64,000 nucleotides of DNA, from contig BDGG01000009.1 in the NCBI GenBank assembly GCA_001949185.1, positions 1,167,624-1,231,623 of the forward strand, in the 5' to 3' direction. The notes under the pieces were generated by a model, which did no database searches, had not been told where the DNA came from, and was given only the letters and a program-made list of their open reading frames with translations. The stretch is from Ramazzottius varieornatus (Eukaryota; Animalia; Tardigrada). Below, one piece after another: positions 26,046 to 37,523 of this stretch. The translations under genes and the position numbers were made by a program. How positions within the stretch are numbered: position 1 is the stretch's first letter; each line of letters begins with the position of its first letter.

Positions 26046-26204
26046 GGTGTGAGACGTTTCTCTTCTATCATTCCACTACCTGACACACGGTCGCTGCTTA
26101 TTCACGTTTTACCTGGTGTGCACATACCGGATGGGTTCCCCACTTGCTGCTTTCCGTTTTTCCAAAAACCTCAGATTGCCAAGTTTGTATGGTTTTTATG
26201 AATA

Positions 26205-27936
26205 CTGTATTCCCCCGATATCTTCGCGAAGCTACATCAAACGTACGTACAGACTGCCCGCAAGTAGAAACGGACCGCCTTGACCATACAACTGATTGTT
26301 TGATCAGCCTTCTCGCCAGAAACTGATGAATGAGTTTCCCAACAAGTTTTCGGACGAAGAAGATACCAGTGAGAGATTTTGTGTGGGCTCTGGTTTTTTG
26401 ATCTTGAACGCTAGAGATGGAGACCACATGGTGTATACAGAGTCAGCGAAGCACTGAGGAATTTGCGCGGACAGGGACAGAGTGGGAAGGCTGTGAATGC
26501 GTACGCAAAACTGGTCACAATTCCTGAATCGACGATAAGAGGGTGGAGGTAACAATCGCTCAGGATCCTTAACGTAGAGCCCAGTCTGATCTTCACGCTT
26601 TACAGGAAAAAGCTATCGGAAGGCACTTTCAAAAGCCGGAGAAAGCCAGTCTATGAGGACGTTGAGAGACGGGTTTACACCGAGTTTGTAAGGACAAGAA
26701 ACGTTGGGCTTCCGGTCCGCGACACCGACATTCGTATCTGGGCAGTGCAGTCTGCAAAATCATTCAACTCGAACAACTTTAAAGCCTCCAACGGATGGCT
26801 TTATCGAATGAAGAAGTACCGTTTGACTTACAGAGCAGCAACAAAAGTGGGAAGAACGTCCAAACCCTCGGCTGAAGATGAGGTAAGACAGCTTCTGATT
26901 TTCCGCCTAGAATTGTTGGTGTTTCCTCTCAGCCTTGCTTAAAAGATTTGTCATGCGCTGAACCGGTATTTCTTCTGACAGAAAGAGGAGCACGAGTTCA
27001 TCGAACGCATTGAAGAATCGTCACGCTAGAGAACACTCACCCAAGCAGAATTATAAATTTTGATCAGACCAGCGTTTTACTGCAAAATACGTATGGTAAA
27101 ACTCTGTCGCCGATTGGTGAAAAGCGGATGCTTGTGACCCAGCCAGCGGGTGAGAAAGAAATATTTACGGTGGGACTTGCCGTAACTGGCGATGGGCAAA
27201 AGTTTCCTGCTGATATAGTCTTCAAAGGGGGAGCGAAGACCGGAAAGTTATCGGGAAGGATCGTAAACGGGTTAGTAATATCGGACAACGTTATCGTGTA
27301 CAGTACACGAACGGCGTGGTGGAACTCTCGTCCAATTCGGAATGGATCGACGATCTGTTTGATGGTCAAGACCCAGAATTCTTGGTCCTTCTTCGTCATC
27401 ACTTTCCTGGACATCTGAAGCTCGAAAGCGCCGAGCTTTTGGAAGAAATGAAAGTGCACTAAGTCTTCATTTCGAAGGGGCTGATTGGCAAGTATCAACC
27501 ACTTGACGTTGGTGTTAATGCGCCCTTCAAGGCACTGATGAAGAAGGCGTATCATGAATGGAGGAAAGTCAGGACTGATGTGACAAGCAAAGGATATTTG
27601 AAAAACCATCTCGACAGGACTTCATAAACTTCGTTTCCGAAGCTTGGAGTCAAATTACCCCTGAAACGATCGAGAACGCCTTCGTGGGAGCTCAAAGTCC
27701 TGAACCTACGTACGAGTTGGCTTGCCAAGGCTTTCCTGAAGAAGAGGAAAGAAACATTTTAGAGTATAGCTTTAGCTCTGTCGAGGAAGGTTCTGATGAA
27801 GAAGCGGCAGATGACTCTTCTCTGGAATAGATTTCTAGAGTGATTGTTGATTAACTGATATTGGGTAAATCTGCCCCCTGGTGGTCGAAATTTCTGACGT
27901 GTGACGCAGCTTCGCGAAGATATCGGGGGAACACAG
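26205..27936 (+). mobile_element. pogo/Tigger-family DNA transposon, 1.73 kb, decayed
   Basis: TIR CTGTRTTCCCCCGATATCTTCGCGAAGCT at both ends with TA duplications (26203-04, 27937-38). Confidence 0.92.
26600..27830 (+). pseudogene. pogo transposase (CENP-B-type HTH + DDE_1), frameshifted
   Basis: FKASNGWLYRMKKYRL, INFDQT, FTVGLAVTGDGQKFP..IVFKG, AWWN, YQPLDVGVNAPFK spread over different frames. Confidence 0.85.
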
Positions 27937-28106
27937 TACTACCCCGGTGCAGTTGCTCTTTCGTTCGCCTACAGTACCGTGTTTTGATTTGACTTGTTTT
28001 TAAATTTTCCATTGCACAAAAGTTCCTTGTTCCCGCGACAAAAAAATCAAATGTGAAGCACAACCAATCACAATGTAACCACCCAGATTTCTTTGTCTTC
28101 TACAAG

Positions 28107-28135
28107 AAATGCAAATGCAAATGCAAATGCAAATG
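28107..28135. repeat. (AAATGC)n microsatellite
   Basis: About 4.8 perfect hexamer copies. Confidence 0.9.
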
Positions 28136-29307
28136 TCCATTCAGAGCCAGGAATACTATTGGAGGAATCAAGATGGGCAGTAAACTGCGCTGTTTCTTGT
28201 CAACTTGGACAGATCGTCCAGGCGAAGCTGTGTCGATTCTTCCTGAATCTCGCTGGTTCGATATTAGTATGACAGCGACACAGCGTCTTTCACTATCTGT
28301 AAGGATGAAGTTGTACCTCGTCTGCAGAGCTGGGATGGAAGATTAGGGCTGAAGTGCCGAAGATGGATCGAATTACCTGTTCCATCTGTTCCAGCCGCTT
28401 CTTGTTTGTCAATCCCAACTCATTCCGGAAGTTATCTTGGCAGCAAAATCTTCGGTGATAATGATATTATGTACCAAGCTCTCCCGGATTGACTTCATCT
28501 CTTCTTTCCCTGCAGGCTTGCTATCTTTCGGATGTCCCTGGTTGTGTAGCTCGGTGAGAGGACGCCTACCAGCTGGGCTGGGTTCTCCACAGGGGGCGCT
28601 GGTGAGCTTCGCTGACACGGTGTTAAGAGTGCAAGCCGCCTGCTAAGTCTGGATCGATGCAGGGTTACCGGATGTAGCAAAACCGGAGGTTCTGACCGCT
28701 GGTGAATAGTCGGACGAAGGCTCGAGCGGGAAAAGTTTCGGTTGTAAGGCCGAATCTAATGTTCTAATTGGGGAAAGAGCGTGATACAGAAACTCTTCCT
28801 TTCTGAATGGTTCTTGGTTTCGGGAGGGTCAGGGAAATGAAAGCGCAAGGACTTGCGGTTGGAGTATTGGAAACTGGTCTGTCCCAACTTGGAAGCATTT
28901 GCTACTTTTGCCAAAGCAAAAACCACTTAAACTGCGTTTGACAGCAGTAGGCTTCTTCCTGCGCGAGTAAAAGCATTTTCGTGTCTGAGATCGGTACTCG
29001 CACTGTTCATATAATGGGTACTGCAGTCCAGGGACCGCTAATAACAAAGATCAGGCACTCGAACCACTTTGAGTTTCAGTAAAACTATTACGTTTCCTGA
29101 TTCATCGACCACATTTTGCGATCTATTTCGCTAAAGATTTCGCTGTCCACCGTATCATCCGTTTTCGGCACTTCGGCTGGGGTCCCAGGTGGATCTCCGT
29201 TAGGTGGCGCTCGGTGCGCCAGGTTGTACATCCGGAATTCGAATTCTGTCACTCCGACAGTTTTCGTTTTAACGCCTTTTGTTTATGCTTCGTTAAGCCC
29301 GATACTT

Positions 29308-29409
29308 GGGACGTCGACAGAGAGAGAGTTTACCCAGATTTCTATTGCAAGTGGTTGAGATCGTGCGCGACTTGGGGAAATGATCTGGGTGGATTTAGCT
29401 ACCCGTCAC
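29308..29409. repeat. Family A copy, 1 unit with internal deletion
   Basis: GGGACGTCGAC..CCCAGAT..CAAGTGG..GTGCGCGACTTGG..ATCTGGGT. Confidence 0.65.
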
Positions 29410-30959
29410 GTGATTCGGGCGGGGATGTTTTAAAACACTCTGATTGACTATTCGTTTGGACATTGATCAACATATCTGCAGACTGTTTCTCGAACTTGTA
29501 TTGACGATCTCTCGGTTGAGAATACACTCGAAGGTCCACGAGCTATGCCTTCGAACAAGGTAAAAACCGGCAGCTGGATTGTCCAACTTCATCGATGCGG
29601 ATTAAACCAAACATATCCACTTGAGCATGTAAGCATATTAGATTTGAGCGCAAGAAAGCCAGCATTGGACAAGAGTAATATTGTTTCGAGATACGACCGT
29701 AATCGACACCTTTTCCACCTCAATGGGCTTTTTTCAACCTGGCGCTATGATCTTGTTTCGTCAACGACCGCGATACGTTCCGCTTCACCGGTGCGTAGCA
29801 CGGCAAAATATACGGCAAACCTTTACCCGTATCACGTAAATGTAATCCGCCCAACTGTGCCAGTGTATTTTTTACCCACCGCGGCCGTTTCACGCCCATC
29901 CGGCATTTTGATTAGCAGAACACTGTGCCAAAAATATGTGACGTTATCTTTGAAGGAAAATTTATCAACAAGAAATTATTCAAGCGCAGGTCTGGACTTT
30001 TTTCCTATTGTAGCAACTCGTGGAAATGACAAAAGACTACTGAATATGAAGTCATTAAGTTTTATTGGGAATATCATAAACAATAGTCATAACACTGATT
30101 GCGTGTTATGTCCGTGATGTGATAGAAAATATTCCCAGCTTCGGACTACTTCCCTGTGGTCAGTGTGACATCCGAGACAGCATTTATATCTGGCAGTTCC
30201 CACCGCTGGACAATGGACAGCACGGCCAGACATACGGTCAAGTCAATAATAACCATCGGCCATCATGTAGACGGCTTGATACATCAGGGCTATACAGTAC
30301 GTTGAGGCTGAGAGCTGTCCATGGGATCAAGTTATGATAATCGCTAGTTGAAGCTGATCAGTGCAAACATACTTTCCGTCGATTGGGCGCGATGGCTGTG
30401 GGAACGAATTACGGAGGTTCTTTAAGCCAACAAAGGGCCTCAAAGGCTCAAAAGGCCGCAAATGATGTAGTTAATACTTCTCATGTTACCGCTCCTCCTC
30501 ACTTTTCTCTTTGATGGACAAAGCGGCTATTGCGGAATAATCAATTTCTTTTTTTCTTGCGTAATATTACAATGAGATTTTGTCTTTGAGATTCACCGAA
30601 GAAACAACACGATCAACAGAAATGACGAACAAATTGGGGCGCAATCGTAAAACATGTCATTATGTACAGAGACAATGTCGTAAAGAAGGAGCCTACATGA
30701 TTGTGATAGTTTTGTGCCGTAAAAGGTACGACTCACAGGTACAAGCAAATGACTTAGAGAGAGAATGGAATGCCAATCAAATAAAAAAGCGAGGCAAAGC
30801 CGGCTTTCTTTTCAATCAGGACGGATTGTACGAAGAGGGCGTCTTTTGTGTCGTAAGGCAATGGATGGATGGACGGACATTGGTGTTGAGCATGTCTGCA
30901 TGTCAATAGCGAGCGTCTTGCGTCTTCTGCGATGATAATTGCCGGTAATTGCCTTACGC

Positions 30960-33900
30960 TCAACAGTAGGCACCGACCATTTCAGGTCCTCCCCAAGGCC
31001 GGTATGCTCGACTGGAGGCGTAACTACTGGCTTGAGAAGATGCCGCTGCCGCGTTCATGTACATCGATTGCATAGAATTGGCAGCGGGAAATGATGAATA
31101 TGGCGAAGATGTCTGGGAAAAAGTTGGCGTGGAAAAAGACGAGGTGGGCGCGCTAGCTCCTGAAAAACAATAATCATCCATCCTTTCGCTGTAAAATTTT
31201 TTGAATTTGTTTAAGAAATGGGACGACGATCGATGATTCCATCCATATCGTCATTTCAAGTGGCGCAAGTTTGCGACGTTATTGACTGAGGGCATGCGTT
31301 ACTTGGAAGAACAATCTTGTCAAGTTTTATCCGAAGTGGCGCAAGTTGTCAATGTTGTTGGCCGGGATCGCGCGCCACTTGGGAAATACACGTCCAAAAT
31401 ATTCCGAAAAAGTATTCTCACTAAATTTTTGATCTTTTGGAAATATTCAAAAGTTCAACTGCGACGTTACTTCTTGCTCAGTCTGTTTGACCTACCTAAA
31501 CATGGAGGTGACTGTAGGGCTGACAGTGAATTCATGGTGTATGGCATTGACATACTGCTATCGCTCTTGATTTGAGCTGCAAAGCCGCCGCTGAGCGAGT
31601 CGTTAGGTGATGCAAACAAGGAGGAAGTGGACATTCCAGGCGGCGGTGGGGGAGGTATGAGGCCTGTGGGACCGGTGGGATACTGGGAGGAATGCCAACT
31701 GTTGCTGTGCTTCAGTGTTTGACTTTGGACAGAGTAGCACTGTAGATGGGCCATCAGGCGTGACCGCATGGGATCCTGCGAAGATAGTCCCTCTTCCTGC
31801 GTCAAGAACCGCCCCACTTCGGCTGCACACTCTTGAAAGCCCATCGTTTGAGCGTCAATATTGGACGCGTAATTCACACCTACAATAACAGATGATAAGA
31901 CTTCCGTCAGGGACATGACAGCTTACATGGGTAGGGTTTTTGTCAACCGTGATGAAGCGATGACATGGACTGTCAAAAACTGCTGCGCGACCTATCGATA
32001 TACTTCCTCATGTCTACCTCAAGGTTTGGAAATTACTTTGCTGTATATTATCCCGCGTACTTGGCCACTGTAGACAGTGAAATCTATGCTCACTCCGAGA
32101 TAACTTCTCTGGAAATTCAATTTTCGATTTTGGCAGTCTACGAGCTCGGCAAATAAACTCGGGAAGGTTAATTCCCCCAGTGGCGCACGCTTCAACCCAA
32201 AATCAGCGACACCGTGCGCCACCCAAGAAAACAGCCAAGGTCTTGGAAGTCGCTTTTCCAAACGGCGCACGCTTATAGGCAAAATGACTGAAAAGGTACG
32301 CCACTTGGGTAGAACATCGGTCAGTTTCTTTGCCGAGCTCCCAATTGGTTTACGATGGAATGGTTTTCCGTCTGACTAAACAAATTACCAAGATTTTGAG
32401 GGTATGTTTAATGGACTATTAAAGTGAGCATAAAGGTCCACTTCACATGGACAGCTTCCTGACTGACCACAGGCCATCAACAGCGGGCAGGCATCATAAC
32501 ACGCGCAGTCAAGCTGCGCCAAGTAGGCAAGCTAGTACCGTGGGAACGCCATTATAAAATGTCTCTATATTGATATACAGTATTCTCCCACTTCTGCCCC
32601 AACTTTCACCAGCCAGTCATAAACGTATAATCAGCGGCGACAGCGCTGTTTCATTACAAATTTATTATGACTTGGCTTGAGACGTAGCAGGCCGTTTCTT
32701 GAGAAGAGAGAATCTCCCCACATGACACGGCGCGATCAGCCTTCATTAAACTGCGCTTGATGCTACGTCCGCTGGCGCCATAAAAACATTGATACTCGAA
32801 GAGCGGAACAATTGGCGAAAGGAGAAAAAACAATGTTATTGTGTCAGGCCGTTGAGACAGCGTGGGAAAGTACTCGAGGCAGTCAAGTGACGATCGTAAA
32901 ATATAATTGCAAATATCGATAGGAGGCTTGACTGTTTTCTATGTAACATGAACAATGGTGTACAATACCCTTTTTCAAGTAGTCCACTGTCAACTGTAAG
33001 ATCTCAGCCTTCTCCAGTTTAGTAGAACCCTGTAATAGATCTCTATTAACCCATTTCAGTCGGATAGATGTATGTAAACCAGCCGAAGTACTCTCCACAA
33101 AGGACGAACGTCTTTCGAGTCGCCATCGAGTGAAGCGTAACACGTACCTGTTTCTCGAAGGCAGCTGGTACGAGACGGCGGAGCTCGGCAAGGCTGTTAT
33201 TAATCCGATCACGTCTCCGTTTTTCAATGACCTGCAAAAATGAACGTTTAGCTGGGCTGGAAGAGACATGACCAGTGACCAGTAATCGTGAAGGCGGTTC
33301 GCGCCAGCCAAAGATCGTGCTTCTTTCGAAGAAGTGACACAAAACGTCGCCATTAAAAACAGCCAAATTGCTGGCTACAGTTCCGAGAAACAAAATCGGT
33401 TTTCCTCCTCATGAATTCAGGCCTCAGGCAAGACCAAAAAGAGCGCCAGTACTTCGAATTTTGCAAATAAACAGTGGAAACTTCCGGTAAGACTAAAGTT
33501 AGTCCTTCCTTTTGGCGCGTCACCCTGAGCCAACCATATGATGGACAAAAAGAAAATCAACAATCAATCGGAGTTGCCGATTCAACAAAACAGGCCGAAA
33601 TTTCAAAATTCGAAAGAAAATCGTTTGCTGTCGTTTCGAAAGTTTCCCACTGCAGCCCTATATTCAGCCTCCTTACAGATGTGAGCAATGCTTTGAAAGG
33701 ATGTTACACTACGGGATAAGGAAGCGAGGGATGTGACGGTAACTTACGTGCGGTAAGTTGAGTTTCTCAAGAAGCGGATTTCCGTACGATGATCAATTAC
33801 ATGAAGGTTTCTACAAGGACATCTTTTCATCGACTTACCCCTCGTCGTCGTTTGCGAGTATTGACATGGACGCCGTGGTCGCTCTCCATACTTCCCGAGG

Positions 33901-34274
33901 AAGGACTATCCAGCCTATAGGGCATCGTCAAGCACAGGTAAGACCTTCGTTCGCCACGGCTTTCGTCGTGTGTCGATCACACGACTTACTCCCGACAGGC
34001 ACACGTCCAGACTTGCACAACAGTTACTATATTGTAGGGGAGAAGAAACCGCACCGTACCTGGAGATTTTACTGACTGGACTTTCGGACGATCGGCGGAA
34101 AGGGGAAGCGCGCTCGTCGGAACGACGTCCAGCCGACGTTTCCTGTACTTCCTGCAGCTCTCCCATGTCCGCTTGGGAAGAGGGGCGGGGCTTGTATTCC
34201 ATAAATTTGGAGTCGCGCTGACGACTGCCTCCCAGCAGATAGTCCACAGTGTGTTGGTGGGAGGAGGACAGCAT
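30960..34274 (-). CDS. Hey: Hey bHLH-Orange transcription factor, 6 exons (start could be 34274 or 34202)
   Basis: [53 protein letters not shown]; Orange domain [13 protein letters not shown]...RLMAHL; C-terminal [13 protein letters not shown]. Confidence 0.96.
31220..31420. repeat. Family A copy, 2 units, Hey intron
   Basis: Two AAGTGGCGCA units. Confidence 0.85.
32142..32342. repeat. Family A copy, 2 units, Hey intron
   Basis: Perfect outer arms GAGCTCGGCAAA / TTTGCCGAGCTC. Confidence 0.92.
32539..32546 (+). promoter_or_regulatory. Su(H)/CSL consensus site in Hey intron
   Basis: CGTGGGAA; Hey genes are canonical Notch targets. Confidence 0.55.
32861..32868 (+). promoter_or_regulatory. 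Su(H)/CSL consensus site in Hey intron
   Basis: CGTGGGAA. Confidence 0.55.
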
Positions 34275-34940
34275 GGAGAAGGGAGCGGTGAGTATGGGAA
34301 TCAAAGGGAAGAATGGTGTACGTAAGCTTTGGTGAGTGGCGCGTGTGTCCTTCGCTGGAATCGGCGCTAAACTATCGGTACATCAAACGCTTCTTCTCTG
34401 GCTTTTAGAATAGGTTGGTGGCTAAAGTGAAGGATGGAAGGACGGCCGACGGTAGGGCATACGTCCATACGCACACACAGACACGAGCAGCGGATGGACC
34501 AGTACGGTGCCGGCACAAGACGAGACCTTCCGCCTCGTCACTCGCCCAACCACCGTCATTTACCTTACACCCGCTGATGATGGCGCAGCCCAGCGTACGA
34601 CATCGTGCCAAAGACAGACGATCGTGACGGAGGTATGCACTCAAGACTCACAGGTAGGCTGGTCTGATGTTAAACGTCAACCCAGACAAACCACTACGAG
34701 TGGCACTTTGTACCGTCAGCTTCCGAGCGCACCGCCACGTGTTGGCCACTTGCGCATGCAGAGTTCGCCCTGCACGGTTCGCCGCAACTGTACGTGTGGG
34801 CGAACGGTCTTTGCTGTGATTACCAGATCGTGCCTGAGCCAACTTCGTCTCGCAGGTGTTGTTTCGTCGGTCAAGGGACCTTAAGCTTCACCATCTTGTT
34901 TTTCTTTGTAGGCTTCTCATACCCTGCAGTGATTACAGAC

Positions 34941-35058
34941 GGAATCTCGGCGAGAAAACTCGATACAGGTGCTTTTCCAAGTGGCGCACATCGTCGCTGG
35001 TGTTGGCTGGAAGTGTGCGCCACACGGGAAAACCATCTGGTCGAGTTTGTTTGCTTCC
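34941..35058. repeat. Family A copy, 1 unit, intergenic
   Basis: CAAGTGGCGCA-N27-TGCGCCAC. Confidence 0.88.
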
Positions 35059-35143
35059 AGATAGAGTCCTGGTCTTCTTGGGGATGTTTTACGGTTCCAC
35101 AGGCTAGTCTGATGATAGAGGGAAAAGTGACAGGGCTGCTTTC

Positions 35144-35151
35144 CGTGAGAA
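35144..35151 (+). promoter_or_regulatory. Su(H)/CSL site upstream of Hey
   Basis: CGTGAGAA. Confidence 0.45.
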
Positions 35152-36555
35152 TGTTTGGTTGTATAGGCAATTGAGTTTTATTTTGATGTCAGCAATTTTC
35201 CGGATGGACAGTGTCGCTGCGCGCGACGATGTGACATGTTTGGCCTTTCCTCACGGTTAGATGATAACTTGTGCCCGTGGTTGGCCATTTAATGATGGAA
35301 ACTCTTTATCATTGACCATTTCTCTCTGTTCACAAACCGCATACACCATCGGGAGATAGTCAAAAAGTAAATTTACTGTTTCTAAAAATCCGATAGAAAA
35401 CTCCTCGTCCTAAAATACTATTTTTATATAACATAACAAATGTGTGTTTCAAATTTGCTGTTCTCTTTTGAATCAAAAAACGGAAATTCTTGGAAGTATG
35501 TTCGTACAGTGGGGTAGATGTGATTGAAAGGAGAATCTCTCCTCGGACACTATATCTGGTTTTAGCAGTGAGGACCTCGGGGCGTGTGACTAAGAAGGCG
35601 GAAGTTGAAGTGTTGGACCACGAGTATTAAGTGGTCACGTTCCTCGAAAGATATCAGAGAAGCGTGGTAGCGTATCTGCCGACAATTGGAATGCATTGAC
35701 TGATATGCAGAGCTTTACAGACTTCATAACTCTATCCATGAGCTCAAAGTAATAAGAGGGGGTGAAATTATCCATGGCCGGCAGTGGCAGGGGCAGTGGG
35801 CCACACGGCCAGCACACGCAGGTCATGAGAACGGTATTTAATCCATGTGGTCACAGCGGGAGGCTAACTTCACCTTCTGACAAGCCATAGCTGACAGGGG
35901 AAACCAGTGGGAACTTTATCCCAACAATCGCGTTATTATAAGAGGCACAATGGCTGTGCGTGTGTCAACCAGTACAATTAGAGAAGACATTTTTTCACGG
36001 AACGTGACGCGAAGTCGTATTTACACAGATTCGAATCGCTCATCATTACCGAAAAATACTCACATCGTGTAGATTTCTGAAAATTTTCACAGGGAAACGC
36101 CCAGCACGTCGACAAGGAAGAAACCTCGGCCACTGGCAAGTCAGGTAGATACTTTGAACCCGCATACCTTGAACACACGCTAAGTACACGGCGCGACGTA
36201 TGCAGGTTTCCAAAAGACAGTACAGTTGCGTTTGCGGACCAAGAAATTGACTTCTGGTGAATGGGCGAAACCGAAAATGTGATGCGGTGGTTCCAGCGTT
36301 GCGTAATAAACTTTCTATAGGTCGTTATGTTTTGGCCGGGACTATAAAACAGCAAGCCAGGTTGAAACTCTGAAGAGTGAGGGTCTTGTTTTAATGTTCG
36401 GTGTATTGAATAGTGGTTAAAGCCATAAATCGTATGAAGGCGATACGGACAAGAACATCACACAAAAAGCGCAATAGCGCTCTATTATCGTTTCTTGACA
36501 AGCTTTACACCTCGTGTCAATAGGTTTTTGGTCGTGATGGCGACTTTAAGTGCCA

Positions 36556-36563
36556 TTCCCACG
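36556..36563 (-). promoter_or_regulatory. Su(H)/CSL consensus site upstream of Hey
   Basis: TTCCCACG = CGTGGGAA on the minus strand. Confidence 0.5.
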
Positions 36564-36820
36564 CTTTGGATTATCACCTCCAAAAGCATGCGCTGTTGAT
36601 TTTTTCTATCTCTCAATTCTTAATATCTAGTCGTTTGGCCGCTTCGTTTGTATTTTGTTTAAAGCGAGCTGCTCCTTCTTAAACAGCCGCTTTGTACACA
36701 GCCAACCTTCTCGGCCCGAATATGCGGTCGCCGGTACGATACGGAATACTTGCTCGGGCTGTCTTTACCAGGTTTCCACCTAATATTTCTGCACACGCCC
36801 AAAGGTTTTCCAGTTAGTTT

Positions 36821-36998
36821 GGAGACCGAAGAAGATTAAGTGGCGCAGGCGCTCAGTCTGTACCACGGAAAACGAGCGCCGCTGGATAATAAACAGGCAC
36901 AATTGACAAGATCGTCTTCCCAAGCGGCGTACCCTTCCAGCCAGTAGCGTGCGCTATTTAGAGAAGCGGTCTTGTCGAGTTGGTTTGCCGAGCTCTCA
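36821..36998. repeat. Family A copy, 2 units, intergenic
   Basis: Ends GTCGAGTTGGTTTGCCGAGCTC. Confidence 0.82.
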
Positions 36999-37523
36999 AT
37001 ATGGCAGAAAGGCTTTACTCTGCCAAAATATGGTATTGGCCCGCCGGCGATTTTGGGTGTCTGCAAAAACCATTGTTCTATCAACGTAGCCCTAATTCCT
37101 CGAGATATTTGTCGCATATAAAACGGTATTTCGATTCAAATTTCCAGATGTTCTGCTTTCAAGTTGCTAAAGCTTAGAACAAGGAATGAATGACGTCTTT
37201 GTCCCATCATATCCTAATTAGCGAAATAGAGCGGTAAAGACTCTAAAGAGCGCTTAAAAATTTGCCCTCGTATCATTGACATGAAATTCTATATTTGCTC
37301 AGCTTGGCAGTAGGAAGTGCCCTGTGGAGCAGAATGGTCTTCGGATCTGTCCGAGTGTCAAGTTCTGCTCAACTGTGTTTCAATTTTGGCTTAAGTGTTC
37401 ATCAGTTATACAAAGCCGACAACTGTATCACACCTCGAGCTTCCAACTGTCCAATAGAAAATCCCGGTGATTAACTTAAGTTGAAAATTTCCAAAGAAGA
37501 AAAGTTTCCAATGTGAAAACGAC

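Noticed and set aside
28140-29600. Exon-like minus-strand fragments (e.g. MYNLAHRAPPNGDPPG, SAKLTSAPCGEPSP)
   Set aside because: Multiple stops and frameshifts with no recognisable family; a gene model cannot be supported.
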